Part shown: in pieces, positions 19,442-29,147 of the stretch | Position numbering within the stretch: the stretch's first letter is position 1 | Layout of the letters: every line of letters starts with the position of its first letter | From: Elusimicrobiota bacterium | Lineage (GTDB): Bacteria > Elusimicrobiota > Elusimicrobia > UBA1565 | NCBI GenBank assembly: GCA_043827405.1 | Contig: JBDRPD010000083.1 | Coordinates: 1 to 64,000, forward strand | Length of the DNA stretch: 64,000 bases | Reading direction: 5' to 3' | The notes under the pieces: model-generated | Seen by the model: only the letters and a program-made list of their open reading frames with translations | Databases searched by the model: none | What the model was told of the DNA's origin: nothing | Translations under genes and position numbers: made by a program

Positions 19442-20539
19442 ATGCGAGTGCCCTACGTCGATTTTAAGGCGCAGTACGCGGCGCATGCGCCGCAGCTGAT
19501 CGGCGCGGCGCGGCGCATCCTGTCCGGCGGCGAGTATATCCTCGGCCGCGAGGTGGAGGTATTTGAGGAGCGGTTCGCGCGCTTGTGCGGTGTCCGGCAT
19601 GCGGTCGGCGTTTCTAACGGCACAGATGCCCTCGTTCTGGTATTGAAAGCGGGTGGCGTGGGTCCGGGTGACGAAGTGCTGACGGTTCCGAACTCGTTTG
19701 TGGCGACGGCTTCTTCTATCGAGCTGGCCGGCGCCCGGCCGGTGTTCATCGATGTCGGAGATGATCAGCTGATGGATCCGGAACGCCTGGCCCGGGCGGT
19801 TACGCGCCGGACGCGGGCGATCGTCCCCGTGCACCTGACGGGCCGCTGCTGTGATATGCGCGCGATCCTGACGGTCGCCCGCAAGCACCGGCTGCTGGTG
19901 GTGGAGGATGCGGCACAGGCCGTCGGAGCGAAATTCCGCGGCCGTCCCGCCGGTTCGCTTGGGCGGGCGGCCTGTTTCAGCTTCCATCCGTTGAAAAATC
20001 TGAATGCCGCAGGCGATGCCGGCGCCGTCGTCACCGACAGCGGCCCTCTGGCTCGCCGCCTGCGCTTGCTGCGCAACCACGGCATGCAGTCGCGCAACAA
20101 GATCGTCGCCGTAGGATACAATGCGCGGCTGGACGCCCTCCAGGCGGGGTTTCTGAACGCGCGACTGCGGATACTGAGCGAGGTTATCGGCCGCCGTCGC
20201 CGCAATGCGCAGCAGTACCGGGAGGGTCTGCGCGGCGTGGTGGGACTGCCGCCGGAGACCGCGGACCGCTGGGACACCTATCATCTTTTCGTCATCCAGT
20301 GCGATCGCCGCGACGCTCTTAAGTCCTTCCTCAAAACTAGGGGTATTTCATCGGCGGTGCATTACCCGAAGCCGCTGCACCTGCAGCCGGCTTTTCGACA
20401 TCTTGGCTACCACCGGGGCAGCTTTCCGCGGGTCGAGCGGCAGGCGGCCCGGGTGCTTTCACTCCCGGTTCACCAGTGTTTGAGCCGGCGGCAGATCGCG
20501 CATGTCGTCTCCGCAGTGCGGGAATTTTATGGCGCTTGA
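19442..20539 (+). CDS. DegT/DnrJ/EryC1/StrS sugar aminotransferase (tandem paralogue)
   Basis: SNGTDAL, VEDAAQ, SFHPLKNLNAAGDAG; alternative TTG start at 19433. Confidence 0.92.
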   Translation: MRVPYVDFKAQYAAHAPQLIGAARRILSGGEYILGREVEVFEERFARLCGVRHAVGVSNGTDALVLVLKAGGVGPGDEVLTVPNSFVATASSIELAGARPVFIDVGDDQLMDPERLARAVTRRTRAIVPVHLTGRCCDMRAILTVARKHRLLVVEDAAQAVGAKFRGRPAGSLGRAACFSFHPLKNLNAAGDAGAVVTDSGPLARRLRLLRNHGMQSRNKIVAVGYNARLDALQAGFLNARLRILSEVIGRRRRNAQQYREGLRGVVGLPPETADRWDTYHLFVIQCDRRDALKSFLKTRGISSAVHYPKPLHLQPAFRHLGYHRGSFPRVERQAARVLSLPVHQCLSRRQIAHVVSAVREFYGA

Positions 20540-22232
20540 GACCCGGCTGCGCATTGGCCTGGATTTCGACAATACCGTGATCCGTTATGACGACGTCTTC
20601 TGTGGGCTGGCGCGTGAGCGCGGCTGGCTGGCCGCCGGAGACGACTGCTCGAAGACGGAGCTGCGTGAGCGCCTGGTGCGCGAAGACGGCGACGATCTGC
20701 GCTGGCAGAGGCTGCAGGCGGATGCCTATGGAGAACATATGCGCCGGGCGCGGGTGTTCCCCGGCTGCCGCGAATTCCTGCGGTGGGCGGCGGACCACGG
20801 GCACCGCGTCTTCATCGTCAGTCATAAAACGGAAACTTCAAATTTCGCTCCCGGCGTCCGGCTGCGTGAGCGTGCGTTGGCATGGCTGCAAACCAATGAG
20901 TTCGTGAGCAACGGCGTTCCAGCCGAGGGCGGCGTCGCGAACAAAGATGTCTTCTTCTTGGCGACGCGTGAGGAAAAGGTCGCCAAGATCGTTGAGCTGC
21001 GGCTCGACCTTTTTGTCGACGATCTGCTTCCCGTGCTGCGGCATGCGGAGTTCCCGCGCGCTACCTGCGGCGTGCATTTCGCCCCCGCAGGCTCCCGGCG
21101 GGAAGCCGGAGCCGTCACCGCCGGCTCGTGGAGTGGAGTGACGGCGGCCGCGGCCTGTCTGTCTCTTTCCGGCCGTGAGCCGTTTGACGCTTTCACCGCC
21201 GCCTTCGGCCTGCCTACGGCGGCGCGCCCCGCGGACCGCAGCGGCAATAACCGGATAATTCAGGTCGACGCGGAGGACCGGGTACCCCGCGTAATCAAAA
21301 GGTATCTTGTCGATAAGCGCGACCCGCGTCCGCGCGCAGCCGCCGAGTACCAGGCTCTTTCCCTGTTGTGGGAGAACGGCTTTAGGAATGTCCCGCGTCC
21401 GTATATTTTGGACGAATATGGATCTTTCGCCGTATTCTCACGGATAGAGGGCTCGCGGCCCGCGGCGGCGGCGATCACGGAAGACCATGTCCTGCAAGCG
21501 GCGGACTTCCTGCTGGCTCTTGATAAGCTGCACCTCCGGCGCCGGGGCGAAACTTATCCCGAAGCCGCCGATTCGCGGCGCTGTTTGCGGGATTACGTGC
21601 GTCATATCGAACGTCGGCTCAACGGTATTCGGAGCGGACTTGCAGGCGGGGATTTTTGCGCCGCCGCGGACTTTGTTGAAAACAAGCTGGTGCCGCTTAA
21701 GGATTGTCTCGTCGATAAGTTTATCCGCGAGGCGGAGGCGAGCGGAGAGGATCTCGACGCGGAGACGCCGGACGAAGGGCGCTGTCTCAGCCCCTCCGAT
21801 TTCGGTTTCCATAATGCCCTGGTTGATGGTAAGGGTAAAGTCCACTTCGTTGATTTTGAATACTTCGGCAAGGATGATCCGGCCAAGCTGGTGGCGGATT
21901 TTCTGCATCATGCCGGGCAGGAGCTCAGCTGGGAACATAAGGCGCTGTTTCTTGAGCGGGTGGTGAGCGGCTTCGCGCACGGGAAGGCGCTGCGGACGCG
22001 GCTGAAGCTTGTCGTAGACCTGATCGGTTTGGAGTGGCTGCTGATTATCCTGAATGTTTTGTCGCCGGAAGCTCTGGCGCGCAAGGAGTTCTCGAATCCT
22101 GGTTCCGATATGCACGGCCGGGTGGCGGCGAGACTGCGGACGGCTGAGATGCGGTACGCTGAGATAATTGAATTTGAATCGTCGGCATCGCGGCATGCCA
22201 CGGTGCCGGACTTTTCCGCTGTGTTGGGGTGA
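20529..22232 (+). CDS. Fusion of a HAD-superfamily phosphatase and an APH/choline-kinase-like phosphotransferase
   Basis: N-terminal IGLDFDNT, SHKT, FVDDL; C-terminal SPSDFGFHNAL and VDFEYFGKDD. Confidence 0.82.
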   Translation: MALETRLRIGLDFDNTVIRYDDVFCGLARERGWLAAGDDCSKTELRERLVREDGDDLRWQRLQADAYGEHMRRARVFPGCREFLRWAADHGHRVFIVSHKTETSNFAPGVRLRERALAWLQTNEFVSNGVPAEGGVANKDVFFLATREEKVAKIVELRLDLFVDDLLPVLRHAEFPRATCGVHFAPAGSRREAGAVTAGSWSGVTAAAACLSLSGREPFDAFTAAFGLPTAARPADRSGNNRIIQVDAEDRVPRVIKRYLVDKRDPRPRAAAEYQALSLLWENGFRNVPRPYILDEYGSFAVFSRIEGSRPAAAAITEDHVLQAADFLLALDKLHLRRRGETYPEAADSRRCLRDYVRHIERRLNGIRSGLAGGDFCAAADFVENKLVPLKDCLVDKFIREAEASGEDLDAETPDEGRCLSPSDFGFHNALVDGKGKVHFVDFEYFGKDDPAKLVADFLHHAGQELSWEHKALFLERVVSGFAHGKALRTRLKLVVDLIGLEWLLIILNVLSPEALARKEFSNPGSDMHGRVAARLRTAEMRYAEIIEFESSASRHATVPDFSAVLG

Positions 22233-23056
22233 ATATGAACAAGATCGACTATCGGTCCAAGGGCCTCCAAGTGCGAAAAGATATCATCGATATTCTTGCC
22301 AAGGCGGGGCGCGGTCATATCGGAGCCGCCTTTTCTTTGGTGGAGGTTCTGCTGGTTTTGTACTACGGGGTGCTGCGGGTAGATTCCCGAAAGCCGGATT
22401 GGAAGGATCGGGACAGGCTTATTTTCAGTAAAGGACACGGCTGCCTGGCGTTGTATCCGATACTCGCGGACTTGGGCTTCTTCCCTCGCGAGGAGTTGTG
22501 GAAGTTTTGCTCCCCGCATGGGATATTGGGCGGGCACCCCGAGCACTACAAAGTGCCCGGAGTTGAAGCGTCCACGGGAGCGCTCGGCCATGGGCTGTCT
22601 ATCGGCATTGGAATGGCACTAGCGTCTAAGATGAACGAACAAGACTACCGCGTCTACGTAATCGTCGGCGACGGGGAGTGTGACGAAGGCTCAATATGGG
22701 AGGGGGCGCTCGCGGCCAGCAAGCACCGGCTTGACCGCTTGACAGTGATCGTGGACTACAATAAGCAGCAGTCCTACTCAGATACCGCGGAGGTGCTGCC
22801 CCTTGAGCCGTTCGCCGACAAGTGGCGGAGCTTCGGTTTCGAGGTTCAGGAAGCAGACATGGAGCACCCCGAGCAGCTGCGTGACGCGCTGGACAAGGCG
22901 CCGCGCGGGGACGGCGCGCCGAGAGTGGTCATTTGCCATACCATAAAAGGCAAGGGCGTCTCTTTCATCGAACGGAATTTACAATGGCACCACAAGTCGC
23001 GGCCGTCGGAAAGCGAGCTTGCGGATATTCGCCGGGAGCTCGAGGCCGCGTCATGA
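22229..23056 (+). CDS. Transketolase, N-terminal (TPP-binding) subunit
   Basis: RDRLIFSKGH, STGALGHGL, GDGECDEG...YN, HTIKGKG. Confidence 0.92.
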   Translation: MNMNKIDYRSKGLQVRKDIIDILAKAGRGHIGAAFSLVEVLLVLYYGVLRVDSRKPDWKDRDRLIFSKGHGCLALYPILADLGFFPREELWKFCSPHGILGGHPEHYKVPGVEASTGALGHGLSIGIGMALASKMNEQDYRVYVIVGDGECDEGSIWEGALAASKHRLDRLTVIVDYNKQQSYSDTAEVLPLEPFADKWRSFGFEVQEADMEHPEQLRDALDKAPRGDGAPRVVICHTIKGKGVSFIERNLQWHHKSRPSESELADIRRELEAAS

Positions 23057-23991
23057 GAAAGCGCTGCCTAAATACAATCCATGAGCTCGCCCGCCGCAAT
23101 AAAGATGTTGTTTTTGTCGGCTCCGATCTCGGCGCCGGTGTGCTGGAAGATATGAAGCAGGAGCTACCGGGACAGTTTATGATGGAAGGCGTTTCGGAGC
23201 AGCATATCGTCGGCATGGCCGCGGGGCTAGCGATGAGCGGCAAAATAGTTTACATCAACACGATCGCGCCGTTTATTACGCGGCGCTGCTTTGAGCAGAA
23301 CGTGATCGACCTGGGTTTGGCGAAGGCAAACGTTCGCTTGACGGGCAGCGGCGGGGGGCTCGTGTACGCGCCCTTGGGCCCGACGCATCTGGCGACCGAC
23401 GACATCGCGATCATGCGTGCGATCCCAAACATGACCGTCATCGCTCCCGCGGATGCCGAAGAGATGGAGCGGGTCGTGCGGGCGTCAGAAACCTATGCCG
23501 GGCCGATTTATATCCGCATCGCCAAGGGCGGCGATCCGGTGGTGTCGTCTCCGGATCATCCCTTCGCTATCGGCGAGGCGGTCGTGCACCGCGATGCGGG
23601 CGAGGTTTTGTTCGTGACCACGGGCATTATGCTGGCGCGCTCTCTTGCCGCAACGGAGTCCCTGCGGAAGTCCGGTATCGAAGCGGGAGTCGTGCATTTG
23701 CATACCATTAAGCCGTTTGACGGTGAGACCGTGCTGCGTGCGCTGGGCGGAGCCCGCGTCGTTATTACACTGGAAGAGCATACGATCGTCGGCGGCCTGG
23801 GCAGCGCGGTCGCCGAGCTTATCGCAGAAAATATTTTTATTCGGACGCCGCTGCTGCAGCGCCTGGGCATTCCCGATGTATTCCCCGATCAGTACGGCTC
23901 GCAGGACTCGCTGCTGAAGCGCTTCGGGCTCGATGTGGAGAGCATTGTTCGGCGGACGGAAGAGAGCCTCGCCCGGACGGCAAAGCGATGA
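23053..23991 (+). CDS. Transketolase, C-terminal subunit
   Basis: EGVSEQHIVGMAAGLA, LGPTHLATDD, EEHTIVGGLGS; ATG 23053 overlaps the upstream stop. Confidence 0.92.
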   Translation: MRKRCLNTIHELARRNKDVVFVGSDLGAGVLEDMKQELPGQFMMEGVSEQHIVGMAAGLAMSGKIVYINTIAPFITRRCFEQNVIDLGLAKANVRLTGSGGGLVYAPLGPTHLATDDIAIMRAIPNMTVIAPADAEEMERVVRASETYAGPIYIRIAKGGDPVVSSPDHPFAIGEAVVHRDAGEVLFVTTGIMLARSLAATESLRKSGIEAGVVHLHTIKPFDGETVLRALGGARVVITLEEHTIVGGLGSAVAELIAENIFIRTPLLQRLGIPDVFPDQYGSQDSLLKRFGLDVESIVRRTEESLARTAKR

Positions 23992-24479
23992 ACGCGGACG
24001 AGCCCGATATCCCTCCCGGGCTGGACCTTATTGTTGACCGGAGCGGCCGGACCGAGGCCTATTATTCGCGGTCGTCGCTGCCGGTAATCGATGCCGCCGC
24101 CGTCGAGTGGCTCAAGAATAAGGCTGCCGCGGCCGGTACCGCCCGCATCTGCCTGCATCTGGGGAAGGAAGATCCTATTCACAGTATGATTATCGCCCAC
24201 GCACCGTCCGGGGCGTTCGTCGTCCATAAGCATCTGACCCGGGATGAGGTCTATCATATGATCGAGGGCCGGCTGCGGGTGACGATCTATGGAGAGGACG
24301 GCAAGCCGTGTGAAACGAAGACCTTGGGGGCGCTCGGCTCCGGGCTTCCCTTCTTGTGCCGCGTACGTGCCGGCGCCTGGCACTCCAACGTGCCGGAAGA
24401 CGGCACGGCGGTTTTTCACGAATCGCGGCCGGGACCGTTTAAGCCAGCCGACACCTTGACGGCGGACCGGACGTCGTGA
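23988..24479 (+). CDS. WbuC-family cupin-fold metalloprotein
   Basis: RICLH, HKH..DE.YHMIEG, WHS, ESRPGPF. Confidence 0.82.
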   Translation: MNADEPDIPPGLDLIVDRSGRTEAYYSRSSLPVIDAAAVEWLKNKAAAAGTARICLHLGKEDPIHSMIIAHAPSGAFVVHKHLTRDEVYHMIEGRLRVTIYGEDGKPCETKTLGALGSGLPFLCRVRAGAWHSNVPEDGTAVFHESRPGPFKPADTLTADRTS

Positions 24480-25696
24480 TCCGTGTCCTGCGCCGCGGCG
24501 CACGGTATCTGGTGCAGCTGTGCGGCGCTGTCGTGATCCTGCTGCTGTACGCGGTAAAGCCGGTATTGTGGTTGCGGCTGGGGCGCCTGCACAGCGATCG
24601 GATTGGAATTCTGGCGGCGGGCACCGACCTGTTCCTGCGGCGGCGGCAGCTTGGCGACGTCGATCCTCGTATTCGGCATTTGTTCGTCGCCCGGCCAACG
24701 TGCAACCGGCAGCTGCTCGAAATGTACCAGCGCCTTTTGCCGATTTATGAGAGCGCCGCGTTGTCCAAGATTTACGATATTTGTGTGCCGCTGCTGAAGC
24801 ATACGCCGTTTTATGAGCCGCTCGCCTTCCGTTGCGATGAATTCCGCGAGTTCGCCGAGGGTCGTAGGTCTTTGTCGTTTACTCCAGAGGAAGAGTTCCG
24901 CGGCAGAAAGCTGTTGGCGGAGATGGGGATCAAGGACGGTGATTGGTTCGTGTGCTTCCATAATCGGGATGGGGCCTATCTGACGCAGGAGTTCCCTGAC
25001 CGGGATTGGAGTTATCATGATGAGCGCGACAACAGCATTGAAAACCTCTGCGCAGCGGTGCGCTATGTCGTGGACAGCGGCGGCGCGGCCGTTCGCATGG
25101 GCGCGGTGGTTCAGCATCCTCTTCCGGCGAGCTTCCAGCATCCTCGAATTATCGATTATGCGCGCAAGCACCGGAGTGATTTTCTGGATATTTACCTGCT
25201 GGCCAAGTGCAAGTTTATGATCGGTTCGGATACCGGACTGGCTCAGGTCGCCACGGTGTTTGATGTCCCCGTCGCGAATACCAACTCCGTGTACAGCGAC
25301 TGGGCGGCCTTCCGGCCGGACGATATCTTCATCACCAAGAAAGTGTATGACGTGAATGCGGAGAGGTATCTTGGTTACAGGGAGGCACTTTGCCGCGGCG
25401 TGTCCCTCACCGGGTTGGCGCTCCGCGACTACGAGAAGTCGGGATTGTCCTTGCACGAGAACACCGCGGCCGAGATCAAGGACCTAGTGCTGGAGATGAA
25501 TGAGCGCCTGGATGGCGTCTGGAAAGTTGAGCCGGCGGATGAGGATTTGCAGCGCCGCTATTGTGAGATGTTCTCGGAGCGGGATTTCTGTTACGGTTTC
25601 CGTTCCCGCGTCGGCACCCGGTTTCTATGGGAAAACAAGAGTCGCATATTTGGGGACGGAGAAGGCGTAATGCCGTCCCTTCAGCAAGGAGCTTGA
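24476..25696 (+). CDS. Glycosyltransferase-like protein (resembles the TIGR04372 type)
   Basis: VCFHNRDGAY, VRMG, DIYLLAKCKFMIGSDTG, ENTAAEI. Confidence 0.78.
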   Translation: MIRVLRRGARYLVQLCGAVVILLLYAVKPVLWLRLGRLHSDRIGILAAGTDLFLRRRQLGDVDPRIRHLFVARPTCNRQLLEMYQRLLPIYESAALSKIYDICVPLLKHTPFYEPLAFRCDEFREFAEGRRSLSFTPEEEFRGRKLLAEMGIKDGDWFVCFHNRDGAYLTQEFPDRDWSYHDERDNSIENLCAAVRYVVDSGGAAVRMGAVVQHPLPASFQHPRIIDYARKHRSDFLDIYLLAKCKFMIGSDTGLAQVATVFDVPVANTNSVYSDWAAFRPDDIFITKKVYDVNAERYLGYREALCRGVSLTGLALRDYEKSGLSLHENTAAEIKDLVLEMNERLDGVWKVEPADEDLQRRYCEMFSERDFCYGFRSRVGTRFLWENKSRIFGDGEGVMPSLQQGA

Positions 25697-26955
25697 ACGT
25701 GTCCGGTACTACCAACAAGCGTGCCGTATTTCGTCGTAATACCTGCCGACTATGTGCCCGGGGCGGGCTGGAGCTTGTGCTGCGGCTGCCGCCGACGCCG
25801 CCGGGAGACCACTACATCAAGGCCGACCGCCTGAATGAGGCGCAGGCCTGCTATCCCATCGACCTGGCGCTCTGCCGCGACTGCGGCTTCGTGCAGCTCT
25901 TGGATGTGGTCGATCCGGATATTTTGTACGGAAACTACATTTACAGCACGCAGTCTTCGCCAGGGCTGGATGAGCATTTCCAGAAATACGCGGACTCGAC
26001 GATCGCGCGGCTTTCCATCCCGGCTGGTGCATTCCTCGTGGAGTTCGGCAGCAACGACGGTACGCTGCTGCGGCGCTTTAAAGAGCGCGGCGTCAAGACC
26101 CTTGGGGTGGACCCGGCGGCGGCGGTGGCTCGTGCCGCAACTGAGGCGGGCGTCGAAACGATTAACGCGTACTTTACGGCGGAAGTCGCCGAGCGGATCG
26201 TCGCCGAGAAGGGGCGCGCCGACGTGATCATCGCCAATAATGTTGTCGCCAACATTGACGACCTGGATGCGGTCGGCGAGGCGGTGCGGCACCTGCTCGC
26301 TCCCGGCGGCGCGTTCGTCTTCGAGAGCGGCTACCTGCTCGATCTGGTGCGCAACAACGTCTTCGACAATATTTATCACGAGCATTTAAGCTACCTGTCG
26401 GCTAAGCCGCTGGTTTCCTTTTTCCGCGGCAAGGGCATGGAGGTCGTGGATGTGGAGCATGTCCCGACAAAAGGCGGGTCGATCCGGGTGACGACGCAGC
26501 TGGCGGGCGGGGGGCGGCAGCCCGCCGCCTCGGTGGCTCAGGCCGTCGCCGAAGAGGAGTCGGCGGGCATTTATGCGCCGCAAACCTATACCGTCTACGG
26601 CCAGCGCCTGGCCAAAATGAAAGCGGACCTGCTGACGCTTCTCGACGCGCTGCGGGAGGAAGGTAAAAAAATAGCGGGCTACGGCGCTTCCACCAGCGTC
26701 ACCACGTTGGGCTACTACTTCGACGTCTGGGACAAGCTGGACTTTATCGTCGACGACAATCCTATCAAGCAGAATCGCTACACTCCCGGCGCGCATGTCC
26801 CGGTGCTGCCGTCCGACGCTCTGTATGAGAAGAAGCCGGACTATGTTGTGGTTCTTCCATGGCGCTTCGCCGAGCAGATCCGCGCCCGGCACAAAGTTTT
26901 CAGCGAGAAGGGCGGCCGCTTCATCGTCCCGGTGCCGGCGCTGGCCGTTTACTAG
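25693..26955 (+). CDS. NDP-hexose C-methyltransferase (Zn-binding N-terminus)
   Basis: CRLC...CRDC Zn site, EFGSNDG, YHEHLSY, GGSIR, GYGAS, WRFAEQI. Confidence 0.88.
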   Translation: MNVSGTTNKRAVFRRNTCRLCARGGLELVLRLPPTPPGDHYIKADRLNEAQACYPIDLALCRDCGFVQLLDVVDPDILYGNYIYSTQSSPGLDEHFQKYADSTIARLSIPAGAFLVEFGSNDGTLLRRFKERGVKTLGVDPAAAVARAATEAGVETINAYFTAEVAERIVAEKGRADVIIANNVVANIDDLDAVGEAVRHLLAPGGAFVFESGYLLDLVRNNVFDNIYHEHLSYLSAKPLVSFFRGKGMEVVDVEHVPTKGGSIRVTTQLAGGGRQPAASVAQAVAEEESAGIYAPQTYTVYGQRLAKMKADLLTLLDALREEGKKIAGYGASTSVTTLGYYFDVWDKLDFIVDDNPIKQNRYTPGAHVPVLPSDALYEKKPDYVVVLPWRFAEQIRARHKVFSEKGGRFIVPVPALAVY

Positions 26956-26961
26956 ATAAAT

Positions 26962-28050
26962 ATGACGAAGATCTCGTGGTGGCGGACATCTTTTGGGGAG
27001 GCTGAAGTCGAGCGCATGCAAATGGCGGTACGCAATGAGCATATCAGCGCGGGCCCGGTCACTGAGGCGCTCGAAGCCGAGATCGCGCGCGCGCTGGACG
27101 TCCCGTACGCGGTTGTGACAACAAGCGGCAGCGCCGCGCTGTTCCTGGCGCTGCAGGCGGTCGGAGTCCGGCGCGGCGACGAAGTCATCGTGCCGGACCG
27201 CACCTGGATCGCCACGGCCCACGCGGTGTTGCTGGCTGGCGCCAAGGTCGTGCTGGCGGACGTTCGTTCAGATATCCCGACGCTGGATGTCGAGCGGCTG
27301 AAAGAGAAGATAACTCCGCGGACCAAGGCGATACTGCCGGTCCACTTGAACGGGCGCGCGGTCGAGATGGATAAGGTCCACGCACTCGCGGCCGAGCATG
27401 GGCTGAGGGTTGTGGAGGACGCCTGCCAGGCTTTATTTTCGCGCGACAGCGGCTGCTGTTTGGGCACGCAGTCGGATGCGGGTTGCTTTTCCATGAGCGT
27501 CACCAAGCTGATCTCAACGGGTCAGGGCGGTTTCGCGGTGACGAAGGATAAGGCGGTGTACGAGCAGATGACGGCTCTGCGTAATCATGGGGTGGCTGAC
27601 TACTTCGCCGACCGTTGGAACCAGTTCGGTTTCAATTTAAAGTTTACGGATCTGCTCGCGTCTTTCGGTTTGGTGCAACTGGCCAAGGCGGCGGAACGCG
27701 TTGCGGTGCTGCAGGCGATCTACGAGAAATACCGAAACGGCCTCGTGGGTCTGCGGTCGGTCAAGCTGCTGCCGTCCCGGGTGGCCGCGGGCGAGCTCCC
27801 GCTGTATGCGGAAGTCCTGTGCACGGAACGGGAGCGGCTCGTCGAGTTCCTGGCTGCCCGGGACATCCAGACGCGTCCCGTACCGCCGAACCTGGATATC
27901 TCCGACTACATCGAGAACGACGGCAACTATCCGAACTCCCGGCGCTTTGCGGAGCAGGGGATGTACCTGCCCTGCGGCCCCGGGCAGCCGCTGGAGAACA
28001 TAGACCGCGTCATCGAGGCGGTCGCGCAGTTCGCGCCCAGAGAGGTTTAG
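26962..28050 (+). CDS. DegT/DnrJ/EryC1/StrS sugar aminotransferase
   Basis: SGSAAL, VEDACQ, SMSVTKLISTGQGG, LRNHG. Confidence 0.9.
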   Translation: MTKISWWRTSFGEAEVERMQMAVRNEHISAGPVTEALEAEIARALDVPYAVVTTSGSAALFLALQAVGVRRGDEVIVPDRTWIATAHAVLLAGAKVVLADVRSDIPTLDVERLKEKITPRTKAILPVHLNGRAVEMDKVHALAAEHGLRVVEDACQALFSRDSGCCLGTQSDAGCFSMSVTKLISTGQGGFAVTKDKAVYEQMTALRNHGVADYFADRWNQFGFNLKFTDLLASFGLVQLAKAAERVAVLQAIYEKYRNGLVGLRSVKLLPSRVAAGELPLYAEVLCTERERLVEFLAARDIQTRPVPPNLDISDYIENDGNYPNSRRFAEQGMYLPCGPGQPLENIDRVIEAVAQFAPREV

Positions 28051-29145
28051 ATGAGTTTCAAGACCATCACCGCGCCCCATATCAACGCCAACGACGTCGA
28101 AATGGTACTTGTCGAATGGCATGTCCGCCCATGGCAGAAGATCGTAAAAGGCGAGCCGATATGCGACGTCGAGAGCACTAAGGCGCTGCTTACCGTTGAG
28201 GCCGATCGGGCGGGCTACGTCTATCCCTTGGTCGAAGAGAAAGCGACGGTGCGGGTCGGCGAGCCGCTGGCGCATGTTTTCGTCAAGAGCGATCCCGAGC
28301 AGCTGGCTGCCGTCGAGAAGAAGGCCGCCCGCGGCGGCACAATTGTTACAAAGAAAGCGAGGATTCTTATGCAGGAATTCGGGCTCACGGCTTCCGATTT
28401 TCCGGAGTTCACAAATATTAGTTCGGAGACGGTGGTGGCGAAGATTCGGGAGCGCAAGCTCGCTCCGGCGACCGAGGGCGGTGCCGAGGCGCGTGAGGTG
28501 CGCTTGGACGATACGTCTGTGGTGCTGTACGGAGATGACCCGAACTTCGCGCTGCTGGCGTTGGATGCGTTTGCCGCCGGCGGGCGGTACTCGCCGGCGG
28601 CCTATGTCGGCGCGGCGCGAGGCGGAGAGTTCTATGGGATCCCCGCGCTACCTTCCGGCGCGCTGAGCGGGCTTATGGCGCGCGGCGCGCGGCGCGTGTT
28701 TATTTGCGGTTCGGATTGCGCGGCGCAGGTGCGGGAGTGTGAGGCTTTGGGATGGGAGATCGTTTCGGCGGTCCATTCTTCCGCAGTCGTCGCTGTTACC
28801 GCGCGTCTGGGCCGGGGCGTGTTCGTTGGCGCCCAGGCTGCGATCGGGCCGGACGCGGAAATCGGAGACTTCTGCCGGATACTGTGCGGGGCTTCGGTCG
28901 CCCACCACGGCCGGTTGGGCAAGTTCGTCAGCGTTTCCGACGGCGCCCGGCTGGGAGGGCACGTCTCGGTGGGGGACGGAAGCCTCATCGGCATCGGAGT
29001 GAATGTGAACAAGCGCGTGGCGATGGGGAAAGGGGTGGTCGTCGTCTCGGGCGTTACCGTGACCGACCATGTGCCGGATAAGCAGGTCGTGCGCGCCGCC
29101 GGACAAGGGAAGACGGATTATCAGCAGAGAGCGAAAGAGGAGTGA
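28051..29145 (+). CDS. Fusion of a lipoyl domain, an E3/E1-binding-like segment and a NeuD/PglD-type hexapeptide-repeat acyltransferase
   Basis: VEWHV...GEPICDVESTKALLTVEA..AGYV (lipoyl Lys44); IVTKKARILMQEFGL; SAVHSSAVV, hexapeptide repeats and ASVAHH. Confidence 0.82.
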   Translation: MSFKTITAPHINANDVEMVLVEWHVRPWQKIVKGEPICDVESTKALLTVEADRAGYVYPLVEEKATVRVGEPLAHVFVKSDPEQLAAVEKKAARGGTIVTKKARILMQEFGLTASDFPEFTNISSETVVAKIRERKLAPATEGGAEAREVRLDDTSVVLYGDDPNFALLALDAFAAGGRYSPAAYVGAARGGEFYGIPALPSGALSGLMARGARRVFICGSDCAAQVRECEALGWEIVSAVHSSAVVAVTARLGRGVFVGAQAAIGPDAEIGDFCRILCGASVAHHGRLGKFVSVSDGARLGGHVSVGDGSLIGIGVNVNKRVAMGKGVVVVSGVTVTDHVPDKQVVRAAGQGKTDYQQRAKEE

Positions 29146-29147
29146 CT

